DNA of 64,000 nt from Vicugna vicugna (taxonomy: Eukaryota), in contig MU058009.1 of the NCBI GenBank assembly GCA_013265495.1, positions 2,234,001 through 2,298,000 on the forward strand. The letters run 5' to 3'. Each line of letters starts with the position of its first letter. Positions within the stretch are counted from its first letter, which is position 1. The notes beneath the pieces are model-generated. The model saw nothing but the letters and a program-made list of their open reading frames with translations, searched no databases and was not told the DNA's origin. Positions 1 to 13,048 of the stretch are shown piece by piece. Both the position numbers and the translations under genes were made by a program.

Positions 1-1617
1 ACCCGTAGTAAAGTTAAAGAGCGCTGAATAAATATATTGAAGAAAGCCGTGGGTTTATGTAGAAAATAAATCCAAAGGTATTTTTTGAAACCTGTGAATG
101 CATTAAGAGAAACTCCCAGTTTCATAGTGTCCTGGCATTATTAGGATTTAGGTGATCCAAATGTGGGTATAGCCAAAAAAAAGAGCAATTTTTATTTAAA
201 AAGTTATTGATTGTACTTTCAACTAAAGGTAAAAATTAAGGATTTCCAAACCAAAAGACCCTTTGGGGTTATGTTTGTTGCATGGGTGGCATGAAGTAAA
301 TTAATTTGATTTGACTTAGGTTGAAAAAGTACAGTGAAGAGCTGGCAGTGTTTCTGGAAGATGTTTTGGGACCGTTCGGGCCCAGAGCTTGCGATACTGT
401 GTGTTCCGTTGGTTCCACTGTTAGTCTCTCTTGGACAATCAGTAAATATGTGTGGAAGTACATTCAGTAAAATTCTTTTACAACCACGTTGTTCCTACAT
501 GTATTTGGTAATGAAATGAGTATTATATCCAGTTGCTCCTTTTTGAACTGGATTTTGACTGTAACGTGGCGTTAGGCCTGATTGCCCACAGTAAGACTTG
601 TAATTTCAAAGCCAAGGAGTATGCAAAACAAGAAACCAGAAGGATGTTCTTGATGTTGATGCCTTTATATGTGTGTGTCTGCCACGTGTTAAGCCTGGGG
701 TGAGTCGTCTACATAGATCTTGGAGAGGGGAGATAGGCTGAATCTTGTTTTGAGCATAAATAATCATTTGCGACAAGAACTCAAGTCCCTTAAAGGAAGA
801 AGGGAGGATCTGCTTTAGTCAGAAAGCCTCTGTGCACCCCGCGAAGGGGACTCCTAGACAAAGCAGAACACCTTCTTCTAAACACCTCACCTGATGCCGG
901 CAAACTTTGTAGTGACTTTGTGCCACACATCGACTTGCAGGCAGCTTTTCCTGGCTTTTAGCAGTCACAGAATTGGATCAGAGAAGAAATCATGCCAGAG
1001 AAAGAGTAATAAATAGCCTCAGAAGACAATGATCCAGTCATCAGTTGAGGCTGAGTAGGTTCTGTGTTTTATTGAACCTTGTGTGGGACATTAATCAGAG
1101 GAAAATAAAATGATTCAAATGTACTTTTGTGAGTGTTGAAAGTGAGCTGCGCGTACTTCATGAACTGAAAGTCTGTGCTTTTGCAGTTCTCTGCCGGCTT
1201 GTGGGCGAGGGCGGTGCCAGCCCTGGTGCTCTTGCGCTGTCCCCCCCACCACCCCAAGCTTGATTTCTTTAGATTGTTCTTTTGAAAATGTGTTGGGATT
1301 TTGCTCTCGTTGAGATTTAAAATATAGAAACTGGGATTTGCCAGTGGAATTAAACTCGTAAAAACTGGCTACAATCATCCACACTTTCAGATCATAAGCT
1401 TGCAGTGGGTTTACGATTACAGTTAAAGCCTTACGTGTATTAGATCATGGGAGCCCCGTTAGTGACTTCTCAGAGGTTTTGCAAATAACATGCTTTCAAA
1501 GCATTTTGGTTGCTTTCAACGGTTACGTTCAGGATCAAGAATCTTAGATTGGATGAACTTGCTCTTTTTGATTAATTTAAAAAACAGCAATATGTTGCTG
1601 GCATCCGTAACGAAACT

Positions 1618-1646
1618 ACATATGTATATGTATATGTATATGTATA
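1618..1646. repeat. (TATATG)n microsatellite
   Basis: tacatatgtatatgtatatgtatatgtatata read directly. Confidence 0.9.
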
Positions 1647-4600
1647 TAAATTTTTTTTCTGGATAGACATAAATATTTAGCACTTTCTGTGGAACCAACG
1701 CATAAAATGTCCAAATCAAGTGAAAGGTGTACACTGGAATTAAAGTTAGTGAACTTTCTCACCCTTTGGTTTGCCGTTTTAAGATTTAAATAACTAACAA
1801 AAGTGAGTTTCATCAGATAAAATAATGAAAACTAAGATAAAAAAGTGAACCCCCTGCACAATAAGTACATAACACTGTGGTGGAAAAAACAGCTCCAGTG
1901 TTTAAAAAGCGTCTGCATAATTAAGCAATCCGTGTTTAGATTTAGTAATCCAGATGTCAGGTTATGATACTGATCTCCTCGGGCAGAAGAGCATGTATTC
2001 AAGTAAGCTGAGAAATGGAAACATTTTCATCAGGGAGATGATCACGTGACAGTAATTGGTTATTAGACACTCTAACTTTGACAAAATACTCATCTTCCAA
2101 AAAATTATTATATGAGCAGGCCCTTTCTTATTAAAATACAGTAATTTTAGTTTTCAGAAGCTCTCTCTAAATTGATGTGTTCCCCAGTGGATATCCTACG
2201 TCACTGAGAAAGGAGATCCTTTTCTTAAAGCCAAACTAAAGGAACAATTGTCATTAAATTTTAAATAAAACTTTAAAAAAAAAAACTACGCCTGAAAAGA
2301 GCCTCCATTTGGAAAAATAAAAATTTGTCATTCAGACCATTGACGAGGTGTGAAACACGTTTAGAATTAATTTAGTTTATAGCGTGTTGGCTATAATTAT
2401 ATTTTAAAATCTGATAATAGCAGTCCTCCTTCAGAATGGAAACATGTTGCCGTTCAGAAGGCAGTGACGATCTCTCGTAAACATTGGAACGTTGACAGTG
2501 ATTGAAGGCCAAAAATGAGGTGCAGTCTATGAGATCATAAATGCTATTTAACTCTTGGGTGCGCTGTTTTATTTTTCTGGTTGTGATTAATGTTTCTTGG
2601 TGGAAGAGTCACTGGAACTGGCTTCTCAGGACGGAATAGACTGCAGAGGTATCTGCACGGGTTACTTCTGAAGGATCTCTCTTTCAGTTTGGTCTTTAGA
2701 AGCAGCCAGAGTTTCTGAATTTGACGGGCATTTGGAAAACACCAGTAGCTTGCTTTACAAAAACATTGATCCTAAGAGTGTTCATATGAGGATACTGAGA
2801 AACCAACCTGCTGTGCATGATTACTTATAACTTATTAAAATTTCTTCTCCTTATAACCTAGAATTACACGAGACTTAAACATGCACGTTTAGGGGGAGGT
2901 GAACATGGATATTTGTACGTTTTGCAACCCGTGACCAGTACACGACTTTAGTCATTTCACTAACACCTGTAGTCTGATTCCTTCCCTCTTCTCGGGCAGA
3001 AGGATTCTGTTGAATCTTTCTCTGTGACCTCCAGTGGCCAGTCTCACGGAGCTGACTGCTGAATTTTGGAGCTGGAAGGGGTTATAGAGATCAAGACCAA
3101 CCTCCCCAGGTAGAACACGCTTTCTTTTGTGATGTGGTAGGGTCACGTCAGCGCTTAAATGCAGTTTCAGTCCACACTGCACAGCGCTGCCCTTCTTACT
3201 AGGGTGCTCAGAAATCAAGAAGGCTGCCCCAACTCGGTTACACACCCGGAATGGATCCGTGCAGTCACACCCAAGGGACAGTCAGCCAGCCAATTAAAAG
3301 GGGCATGTGGGGAAGGAGATGGCTTTGAGAACATTTCATTCTTTGGTGGGTCCAAGCGAAACAAGTTCTTCGGGGTGGTGTCCTTTGGTTCATTTTTATC
3401 ACAAAAATTGGGTGTCATTCCGGTGAAACATGAAATGAGGTGTGGACGTGTGTGATGACTTCTATGGGAGTTAGGGAGCCGGCTGCTGATTCACGAGTTG
3501 ACTCCAGTGATTCTCCAAATCTTAGCTCGGTCTTTTAGTTGGGGACCAAACCCTGTAGGCTTTGGGAACCTGAGAGTGGGCCCTGGAATGTTAATGGAGA
3601 AATATAAACTGGGGGCCTGGGAAAATGAGCATTATCGACAAGCATCTGGGTTTCTGCCAGGGGCAAATAGGCTTTTATTAGCCATTACTCATAACTGCTT
3701 CTCCTGTTCCCATTGTGAGGGCAAATAAATTGAGGGGTGCACAGGGTATAGGACTCATCAGGGTCAGGATGTATTTGGAGCTGAGCTTTTTTGGAATCTT
3801 CAGCTGTTGCCCCCTTACTCCTTCCGTCTTCTAACGCCTTTGCTGAGTAGAGGCGCTGAGGGCTTCCTTCGCGGTCAGTTTTAACTGGTGAGTAGTTTGC
3901 CAGGAGTTCTGACTGTTCTAGTAGCAGATGGGAAAATGTGCTGAAATTTGGCAAGTTAAAATGCCTTTCCAAAGGTCTATGATCTTCAGTCCCATTTGAT
4001 TCAATAACCATTTAATTCCACACATATTTATACTTGCTTGGTGGTGTCACTGCCATTACATTTAAGTTTAATCTTAATCTTGACTAATGTCTTTGAAACT
4101 TTTCTCTGACGCTTCTGGAGAACCATTGCCAAGTTCTTTGTCGTCCTCCAGAGTCTATGTGGGCAACATGGAATTCGGACGGGGAGCGTCATGACAGTTT
4201 AATCCTTTTCAATCTGGAATTTTCTCTTTGAACTCCACCTAAAGGTATTATGAGCACCCAAACTGCCATGTTACCCTCCTTCAGGACCACTCAGTTGAAA
4301 TGGGATCCGTAGTAAATCTTCTGTGAAACCCGTCTCCTGCAGCTCGGCTAGTGTCGGTTGTGCCTCTGGATCCAAAATAGAACTTGTGATACCAGGGGAC
4401 AGTGCGAAGTTGCCGGTGGTAACAGACGCCAGGAGTCTAAGTGAAAAGCGTGTTGGGTGTGTACATCCCAGGAATCTGTATGAAGAGCAGTAAGGACAGG
4501 ACAGTTAAAGTTTGTTTAGATTGTAAAGAGAGATTACAATGAAAAAAGGGAAGGAATAGGGAAAAGAAAGAGTGGGTTTCTTTGAAACTCTTGAAACCAC

Positions 4601-6814
4601 TAGATTGTGCCTCGCAGGTAGCGTGGTGCCCTTCACAACGGCCAGAGGGGCAAACCAAAGGTGGCTTCTGAAACTTCTGTTCGTGCACAGATAGTGAATG
4701 ACTCAAGTTGATTTTACTGGGACCCCTGCTGGGTCCCCTTGAGGGAAGAGGCCAGGCCCGCCCAGCATTTAGCATTCTCCTCAGAGGACTGAGTCAGTGT
4801 TAATGCAGAAGCATTTTCAGGTGCTGTTTGGACTTTGTTTTGAGGTCGGGAGGAAGAGGAACAGAGGTGGAAGTCAGGTCCACGCCACCTGAGGCTCCCC
4901 CATTTGTATGAAGTCTGTGATCGTCTGTGGGTGTCACGGGGCCTGCCGGGCCCTGCTTGCACTGGTCCTGTGGCTAACCCAGTGATGAGCTCATAGCTGG
5001 ACCAGGTTAGAGGGCTGTGGGCCCTGGAGGAGAGGTACAGCTCGAAGCCTCATTTTGCATCTGCTCTTGGAGATGCTGTTTTCCATTCGGGTCCTGTGGA
5101 GGCGGGGCTTTTACTGTGGTATCAGTCCTGTGGTATCAGTGAGTGACCCCACTCACAGCTGATGAGTCGCTTTCTAATCCAGAACTTTCCAAAGCCCATG
5201 GGTGCTCACTGGACTGATGGGACCCACCCTGCTGCAGGTGGTACGTTTCTCTTGGAAGGAGCATGACAAAGAGAAAAAGAGAAGGATTGAGAACATGCGG
5301 GCAGAGACTCCCCACATGTGGCGAGGCCCCTCCGCCCCGCCTGGCAGTGTTTCAGCTGCTGTGAGTTTTGGAACGGTTGTTCCTCCTTCCAGGGCACAGA
5401 TGACAGAATGAGAATCGGCGCTAGAACTTACTAATAACAAGGTTTGGGCAAGGACCTTGAACCAGCTCGGTGGTATTAACAAAATAACAGATACTCTGGT
5501 TCCAGGAAGGGAGGTTTTGTTTTGTTTTGTTTGTTTGTTTTTCAAACCGGAAAACCTTTGCAGACCCTCAGGATTGAATTTATTTTTATTGTAGCTTAAT
5601 AACAGTTAGAAAAAGAGATGTCTTGTTACAATTAATGCTCTAAATAAAAACACAGTTAATTTTCCATTACAGCGTCTAATTACTTATCATCACCAGGACG
5701 TTTTTATACGGCAATTTAACTTCTTGAAAGTGGAAACTTGGCACACATTTAAGGAAGAAAGCAGTGCACCTGGATAGATACCAGACGATGGTCTAATTAT
5801 ATTTGGGCTGGAGTTGACTCTTACACACAAGTGCTCCGCGGAAGACAGGAGGAGAGTCAACAGGGAAATTCTCTGGTTTCTTTAGTGCTGGTTGAAACTG
5901 AATATGGAGGGAGGTAATCTGCGTGAGAGGTGATGTGCAGGTGCATCTGAAAAGGGCCCTGCCAGCCACTGACGGAGGCCAACGTCAGGACTCCTGCTAG
6001 GCCTGGGGGTCAGCTCTGTGCTTCCTGATGCACGGGGGGGCGTTCATAAAGATGAGCATGGCCTTTCTCCAGGGAGAGGCCAGGACGCAACTGAGTAGAA
6101 GCCAAGTTGGGAGGATCTCAGCATGAAACTGAATCTGTTAAGAGTCCAGGCAGAGCTTCCGTGATTCATGTTTATTGCATCTCTCTAGCTTACTGCCCAC
6201 GGTGCCCTTGGGAACACGGTCTTCTGGATATTGGGGATAGATAAGTATTTCCACAGCGTGCCTGCCACCAAGGTGATGTCAGTGTGCGTTTGGTCATTAT
6301 TTAGAAAACACTTCTGTGTGCAGTAGTGACAGGATGGTTGTCCCTTCACTTACTCGAGGGTCACTTATGACCTGTGGGGATCTGCGGTGGTCTTGGGCCT
6401 AGTGGCATCTCATCAAGCCCTGGCTGTATTTCCACCCCAGGAATACCCAGCAGGTCCCTAACACCGGTTTACCTGCCAGGCTTCCCTCTTCCCAGAATCC
6501 TTTTCACCCAGTGACATGACCGTTGTTGAAATTCAGGATCGTGGTCACTTCACAGACAAGGTCACAGCCTAGACTGAAGGACGTGAAACTTCGATGTTTA
6601 GTTGAAGCAATACCCAGGAGCATCAACTTCACACGTTCTCCTGATGGTGACTTATAAACAGCAGTGTCCTGATACTCTGAGTCTGGCGGAGAAAGCGGAG
6701 CCAGGAGAGTTGCGGAGAGCCCCTGAGTCCTGAGCTTTTATCCCAAAGGGAGCTATGAAGTGGGGAGAAATGCAAGAAGCATGTACTCTGTACCCCGAAC
6801 CTTCTTCATACTCA

Positions 6815-6965
6815 TCACAGTAATAGAAATAGTGACTTTTTTTGAGTGCTCAGCATGTAGCAGGCCCTGGACTAGGTGTGTTATGATCGGTTTCCAATTA
6901 TTTTTTATGAATTCTCCACTTTATTAGTGGAAAGCAGAGAAGTTAAGTAACTTGCCCAAAGTCAT
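6815..6965 (-). mobile_element. MIR SINE fragment
   Basis: Core-like ...agagaagttaagtaacttgcccaaagtcatagc preceded by ttgagtgctcagcatgtagcaggccctg. Confidence 0.65.
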
Positions 6966-6969
6966 AGCG

Positions 6970-7800
6970 TATATGAAGGTCTCTTACAAAACCACGTGAA
7001 GAAAGGCAAGAAGACAGGTTGGCAGTTCATAGAAACGAGGACCTCGTTGTCCCGTGAGCGTGAAAGGATGTTCGGCCTCCCCGGTCGTCAGGAAAACACA
7101 AATGAAAATGAGGCACCATCTCATCAGAACCATCAGACAGATAAACTAGAAAGAGTCTGGCTGACAGACTTGGTCGTTCGCTGACGGTCAGAGTGTGGTG
7201 TGGTACAGCTGCTCAGGGAGCAGCCTGGCCACACCTCGAAGCTGCAGAAACACGCGTGCTGCCCGCTCAGCAGCCCCGCCCGTGCTGGTGCCTCGGCCAT
7301 CCCCGCACGTGTGCAAAGGGCCCTGGGGGAGGGACGCCCGCTTCTGCGCTGCTGATGATAGTGGAAGATCTCTGGCTGTCTAACTGCCCTTCGGAGGGGA
7401 AACAGTGGAATCGTACGTGTTAATTCATGCAGTGAAATTCCGTGCAGTGGTGAGTACGAATGAACCAGATCTACTTGTATTAATACCAGTAAGATTAAGG
7501 AATTCAAGGCTGAGGGGGAAAAAAAAGTTGTAGGTTGATACTTAACAGTCTAAGACCATTTACATAATGCTTGAAAACATGCAGACTAATGCTGTGTATT
7601 GTTTAGAGAGGCCAGGGCAGGGGACTGGGAGGGCTACACATAGATTTTTACTTTTCTGTGTAATAATTTATTTATTAAGGAAGAGAAAAGGCCTAATGTA
7701 AGTCAAATTAAGATTTGACAGAGCTTGTTCATGGTTACACAGATGTTTATTTCATTATTCTTTGTACTTTTCTGTATGTTTGACATTTTCTAGAATACAA
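6970..7800 (+). mobile_element. Old, degraded L1 (L1MD/ME-like) 3' region
   Basis: gaaaacacaaatgaaaatgaggcaccatctcatc and ...gtggtgtggtacagctgct resemble the L1 ORF2 end; 3' UTR-like sequence ends near 7800. Confidence 0.55.
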
Positions 7801-8219
7801 ACATCAAAACAATGGCACAGGAGGCCCCACACATCTGTGAGACTTGATCTTGGGGGACTTTTGAGGGCTTGCTTGATAGCTTTCTATCATGAAACCGAAG
7901 CTTTTAGCTCCAGAGATTCCTGTACACAGCCTCACAGTGGCGAAAGAAGAACTTAATTAGACACATGTGTCCAGCTCACCCTAAAACCACCACTGCAGCT
8001 TCTGAAATTGGCTTTGGATCTCACTCACCTCCCCTGACTGGGCGGGGACATCATTTATCACCACGGTAACCGCTCTTCCCCCAAGTAATGCTTTGGCTTG
8101 TGAATAAACGGGCTCCGCGCTGTGCGCTAGGGCTGGAAGGAATTGCTGGTGAAGTGTGTGTGGTGTTTGTTTTCCCCAAATACACATCGATGATCATGCA
8201 AGCAAGACTTGTTAGGTTT

Positions 8220-8527
8220 TAGACTCACAGGCATAAAAAGCAAACTTACAGTCACCAGAGGGGAAGAGGGGAGGGAGGGATAAATTGAGAGTTCAAGATT
8301 TGCAGATACTAACTACTGTATATAAAAGAGATAAACAACAAGTTTCTTCTGTCTAGCACCGGGAACTACATTCAGTATCTTGCAGTAGCCTGTAATGAAA
8401 AGGAATATGAAAAGGAACATATGCATGTACCTGTATGACTGAAACATTATTCTGTGCACCAGAAATTGATACAACATTGTAAACTGACTAGACTTCAATT
8501 TAAAAACAAAAACAGAAACAAAAACAA
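8220..8527 (+). mobile_element. 5'-truncated lineage-specific L1 3' end with (A5C)n tail
   Basis: agactcacaggcataaaaagcaaactt...gggataaattgagagtt...gggaactacattcagtatcttg...acaacattgtaaactgact followed by an A-rich tail; similar copies occur at 12779, 20473, 47605 and 49420. Confidence 0.85.
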
Positions 8528-8579
8528 GACCTCAGACCAGGTGTGGCCCAAGGGCCAGTTTTCCAGCTCCTGTTCCAGA

Positions 8580-8645
8580 GCAGAGGCCGGATCCTGCCTG
8601 CAGCCTGCTTTTGTGAGTAAAGTTTTATTGGAACACACACACGCA
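8580..8645 (-). mobile_element. MER58 (hAT-Charlie) fragment
   Basis: ggccggatcctgcctgcagcctgcttttgtgagtaaagttttattggaacac matches the MER58 terminal motif as I recall it. Confidence 0.65.
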
Positions 8646-8799
8646 CACAGAGTTGTTAGGTTTTTTCCTTTCTTCTTAATAATGTTTAAAGTCACAGTAA
8701 ATTGCCTTTTTTTTTAAAGAATTTACTTTTTATTGAAAATAAATATGTAACAGTAAGTAAATGGCTACAATAGCAAAAATGTATAACCCTATGTATGTT

Positions 8800-8902
8800 T
8801 ATTTTAATATTGATTTATTTAAGTTGACGTTCGGTCAGTTACAGTGTGCCCATCGCTGTGTACAGCAGTGTCCCAGTCATGCGTGTACATACACATATTC
8901 AT
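8800..8902 (-). mobile_element. Short L1 3' terminal fragment
   Basis: ggtcagttacagtgtg...gtgtacagcagtgtcccagtcatgcgtgtacatacacatattc, homologous to 12825-12900. Confidence 0.7.
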
Positions 8903-10494
8903 TTACACAATTAATTGCCTTTGGTTGCACTTGCTTTTATACCTATCTGCTCATGTGATAAACCAGCCTTGGCTTTTGACCAGTGGTCATTACTGTTGAC
9001 AGTTTAACTTAAAACATTGTCTAGGGACATCTGTGAATACTGAAGAATCAAAAAATGTTAAAATGTAGCTTCTTAGCAGGGACCAATCATGTCGATATTG
9101 GCATATAAGCTACCTGAGTTCTTTTTATTTTCTGTAACCATGATTTGACTTTAAAACTTCGAGGTGTGGGGTCAGGGATTGGTAGGAAGGGAGGAGAACC
9201 GTTGCCATGGTAACTGTACAGTGTGCTGTCTATCAGGGATGGTAAGCGGTGGTCCTGTGCTTTGGAGAGGTTAACCTGGACCACGTTACTCTCCAGGGAC
9301 ATCTGTGGTGGCAGGTGCTTTGTTCAGCGTGTCTTAACAGCCAAGACATTCATCTTTTCTCTGCAAAATACTTCCAGTTGAGAAACGTTGCTTTAAGATA
9401 TTTTAACAAAAGTCTGGCCCTTCAGGAGCACCAACTTTCTGTGTCCCTCCATAGGGAAGGGACTCCTTGGTGTGAATGAAACAGTGTGTGTAGCCAGGAG
9501 GCTGCCAAAGCGTTTCCCCCTCCAAGATCACCTCTCTCTGTCTGAGTACACACAGGAACAGGGAAGCAAGTGATTCCCAGCGCTCAGGGCCACGTCCCAC
9601 CCCAGCCGCCGGTGGCCAGGGTCGCCGTGCTTTCCTGGGTACTGGGCAGGGTGGCTGTGGTCAGCAGGGGCTGACGATCGCTTCTAGAGGCGGGTGGCCG
9701 ACTTGGACGTGACTCAAGGGCTGGTGGACCTATCAGATTTGCTGCCAGTGAACAGACCTTCAGGAAGGGTGGCAGGAGCGAGGCCCTCTGCATTTTATCT
9801 TCCCCAGATGGACACACAGGATGGCCACGGTGACTCGAACAGACTGGAACTTCATTTGTGTCCTTCTCTGTCCCCATCCTGGGTCCCTCCAGTGAAATCT
9901 TAGCCCTCATGAAGTGGGCTGGCCAGGCTCAAGGCTGTGAACAGAGTGAACACCATCAAGAGACATGTTCCAAAGGGCTGCGGCTGTCTGTCCAAGATAA
10001 AATCTGGCCGCAAGCCTGCTGCCCTGCAGTCAGCTCACTGGTGACCGTTTGACGGGTGCACCTTGGAGCTTGTCTTTGGACCTACTTGGGAAAGGACAGA
10101 TGAGGATGTGGGATATTCAGGGCAGCTTTGAACACGTTTCCCTGTGGGAAAGGGACGTATTTTAATAAAGTTCCACGTCTTTTCTTTTTTCACCACTGAA
10201 CATTTTATTGAAATGATTGGTGAATCAGCCCAGAGGATGGTTTTCTGGGGAGGATGTTGTTAATTTTGTTATTCCTGGATATTTCAGCAACACATTATTG
10301 CTCTTAGCACGCGAGACAGCTGTGTATCTGGGAAGCACGCTTTCAGCCCTCAGTTCAGAGGAGGCAGAAAGGAATACCCTGGTGGAGGGCTGTTTTTTTT
10401 TTTTTTTTTTACTGGGACTTTGAGCCTTGGTAGTTAGCACAATTAGCTGCATACACAGAACATGTGCCACTTTTTAGGGAACTGCAAAATAAAA

Positions 10495-10720
10495 ATAACA
10501 ACAGTTACGAAGGGTAACGGTGTGCCAGGCACTGGGTGCTTGTCTGCATGAAGGCTTGTAAACTAAACGGAAAGCCTGTCAGAAATGGTTATTATCATCA
10601 GTGCTTTTCGGGTGAGGAAAGGGAACCTTGGGAGGTTAAGAAAATGGCAACACAGTCACGTGAGGAGGTGGCAGTGTTGACACTGGAACTCAGGTCTGTC
10701 TCTTTCCACACAAAGCTCCA
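10495..10720 (-). mobile_element. MIR SINE
   Basis: tgtgccaggcactgg...ggtgaggaaagggaaccttgggaggttaag...gaactcaggtctgtct pattern. Confidence 0.6.
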
Positions 10721-10968
10721 TCCTCTACATAATCACACGGAGGGGTGTCGATTAGAAGTCAAGTCCGTCTCCTTCCATGGGGGGGTCCTTGCTTTATGTA
10801 AAGAGAGGTGCAGTGAGTATGCCAGCTCCCTACAGATTCACGTTGAACATATTAACTCCTTTACACATATTTATGACCATTTTCTGTGTGCCAGTGTGTC
10901 TTTCATGTCCTGTGTTTATTTGGGCTCTGAGCAACTCCATACGAATCCTAAGCAGCACTGCTGTCTTT

Positions 10969-11095
10969 TCGGGGGGTCTGGATGGTAATTAGGTTTACTT
11001 ACTTGTTTATTTACTTTGATGGAGGTACTGGGGATTGAACCCAGGACGTCATGCATGCTAAGCACGCGCTCTGCCACTGAGCTCTACCCTCCCCC
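10969..11095 (-). mobile_element. tRNA-Ala-derived SINE (camelid Vic-1-like), long-tail form
   Basis: Reverse complement reads GGGGGAGGGTAGAGCTCAGTGGCAGAGCGCGTGCTTAGCATGCATGACGTCCTGGGTTCAATCCCCAGTACCTCCA (A and B boxes) plus a tail with CCTAATTACC. 18-bp TSD agcagcactgctgtcttt (10951-10968) / agcagcagtgctttcttt (11096-11113). Confidence 0.9.
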
Positions 11096-11704
11096 AGCAG
11101 CAGTGCTTTCTTTGGAGGAGGTGAGTGGCTGGAGGATTGGAGACCTGTTGCCATCCCCTGGGTGACCGTGAGCTCACCCATTGCCTCCGGACGTCAGTGT
11201 CCGTGGCTGGGTGGCGTCCCAAGGCTCCTGTGGTCATGGTGCTTCCATGGGTTGTGGTTACTGAAGAAAGCTTTTCTGTGGGAGTCAAGGTGGGATTCCC
11301 GTTCATTCATTCATTCTTGTGAACAGAGAGAAAACGCTTAACCACTAAATACCTGCCATTTGCTTTGACAGTTAAAAGACTTGGAATATTTTTCATGAAA
11401 TACTCATTATTAGGTTCAGTGGGGGAAAAAAAGTCTGGCCATTAGTTGGGTATCACTTAAAGCAAAAGCATAAGGAATTAACTGTTTTCACGTGTCTAGT
11501 TGGGCTGGCGTGGGTTCTGTGAGTCTCTGTTTTTAAAAAGATGAAAACGAAAAGTCAGCTTTGGTAATCACTATAGTGTCGATGACAGCTCACAGGTAAG
11601 ATTGAGGGAGTACATCCTGTGACTCAAATATATGAAGCCATTAGTAAAGTCGTTCTAGTGGGTGGACTTCACGTCAGGTGACCCTGGTGGTGTTTGTATT
11701 TTAT

Positions 11705-11880
11705 TATCCGTGTGACCTTAGGCAGGTCATTTCACCTTTCTGACACTGTTTCCTCATCTATAAAAGGAACTCGGTAATAACCACCTAAGAGGGTTAGCCA
11801 TGTAGGTTAAGTGAGATGATGTATAAAGCACTTAGCTTAGTTCCTGGCACGCAAATGCTCAGTAATTGGTAGCTTGTATT
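11705..11880 (+). mobile_element. MIR SINE
   Basis: tgtgaccttaggcaggtcatttcacctttctg...tttcctcatctataaaa...taaagcacttagc...cctggcac: classic MIR core and 3' end. Confidence 0.85.
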
Positions 11881-12778
11881 ACCAATAATTACCTTATAAT
11901 AATAACCTCATCTCAGTTGGCTGAAGCACAGCCCTTCAGAGAAAGATGACTATTCTTGGTGAATGAAGCTCAAGAAAAATTAAATGTCCTTAAAAAAAAA
12001 ACAACCCTTTCACCCTGGGGCATTCTTGTGGGTTCTGCCACTGGACTGGATGCCTTTTAAGGGTTCTTGCAACCTGGGTGGTCTGTGAGATGTTTACGTT
12101 CACGTCTTCATGAATAGGTATGTTTTATTCCCCCCACCTTTCTATTCTATGATGTGAATTCAGAAGGTTGTAGATTCGCACATGAGGGGCACAAGCAGGC
12201 CAGGCACTGCGGCATCCCAGAACGTGCTTTGTTACTTTGTTTTTCACAAGACTAGCCCGGGATCAGGCACCCCAGGAGCTGTGTCATCACGCTGCCGTGC
12301 ATCTCGAGAACTGTCGAAGAAAAGTGGCAGAACGTCTCAGCACGGTTAGTTTTGTCTTTTTCTTTGAAGAGTAGCGAGAGGGACGGTCTTTTCTTTGGGG
12401 GGAGGATACAAGTAGTTTCATCCCCTTACCTCAAGGGCTGAGAGAGAAAAGGAGTTCACTTGGCACCTGCTTTTCTAACGGGCGGTGTGGAGAGAGGCAG
12501 CGGGGTGGGGGGGTGCCCATCGTCCTAGTATGTTAGCGGCCCAGTGATTCAGAGGGAGCTGCGAAGGAAGCCCCTGTATGACAAGTTGCAGGTGCTGGCG
12601 TGGCTTGTTTACGGTTGCATTCTGGCCGCCGTGCGGAGAGGGCTGCACGCGCAGGGTTCTGCACGGCTGTTTTCCTGGAGTTGTGTTGAATAGTCACTAG
12701 TGTCTTAGGAAGCCAAGTATCTGCTGATGAAATGCTTGCATTGGTGACTCCCCTCCACAGGGTGAGAAAAGTTCTTTT

Positions 12779-13048
12779 TATTTTTTAGGAGTGATACATT
12801 TTTTTAAAATTTTGATCGAAATACAGTCAGTTACAATGTGTCAATCTCTGGTGTACAGCCCAGTGTCCCAGTCTTGCATATACATACGTATATTCGTTTC
12901 CATTTTTTTCCATTAAAGGTTATTACAAGATATTGAGCATAGTTCCCTGTGCTATACAAAAGAAACTTTTTTAAAAATCTATTTTTATGTATAGTGGCTA
13001 ACATTTGTAAATCTCAACCTCCCAAATTTATCTCCTCCCACCCCCTTT
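12779..13048 (-). mobile_element. 5'-truncated lineage-specific L1 3' end
   Basis: Reverse-complement homolog of 8220-8527; TSD agaaaa(g/a)ttctttt at 12765-12778 and 13049-13062. Confidence 0.85.

Noticed and set aside
5113..5139. Tandem duplication ctgtggtatcagt; similar small duplications or hairpins at ~4717-4740 and ~23516-23545
   Set aside because: Ordinary slippage-type micro-duplications with no supporting context.
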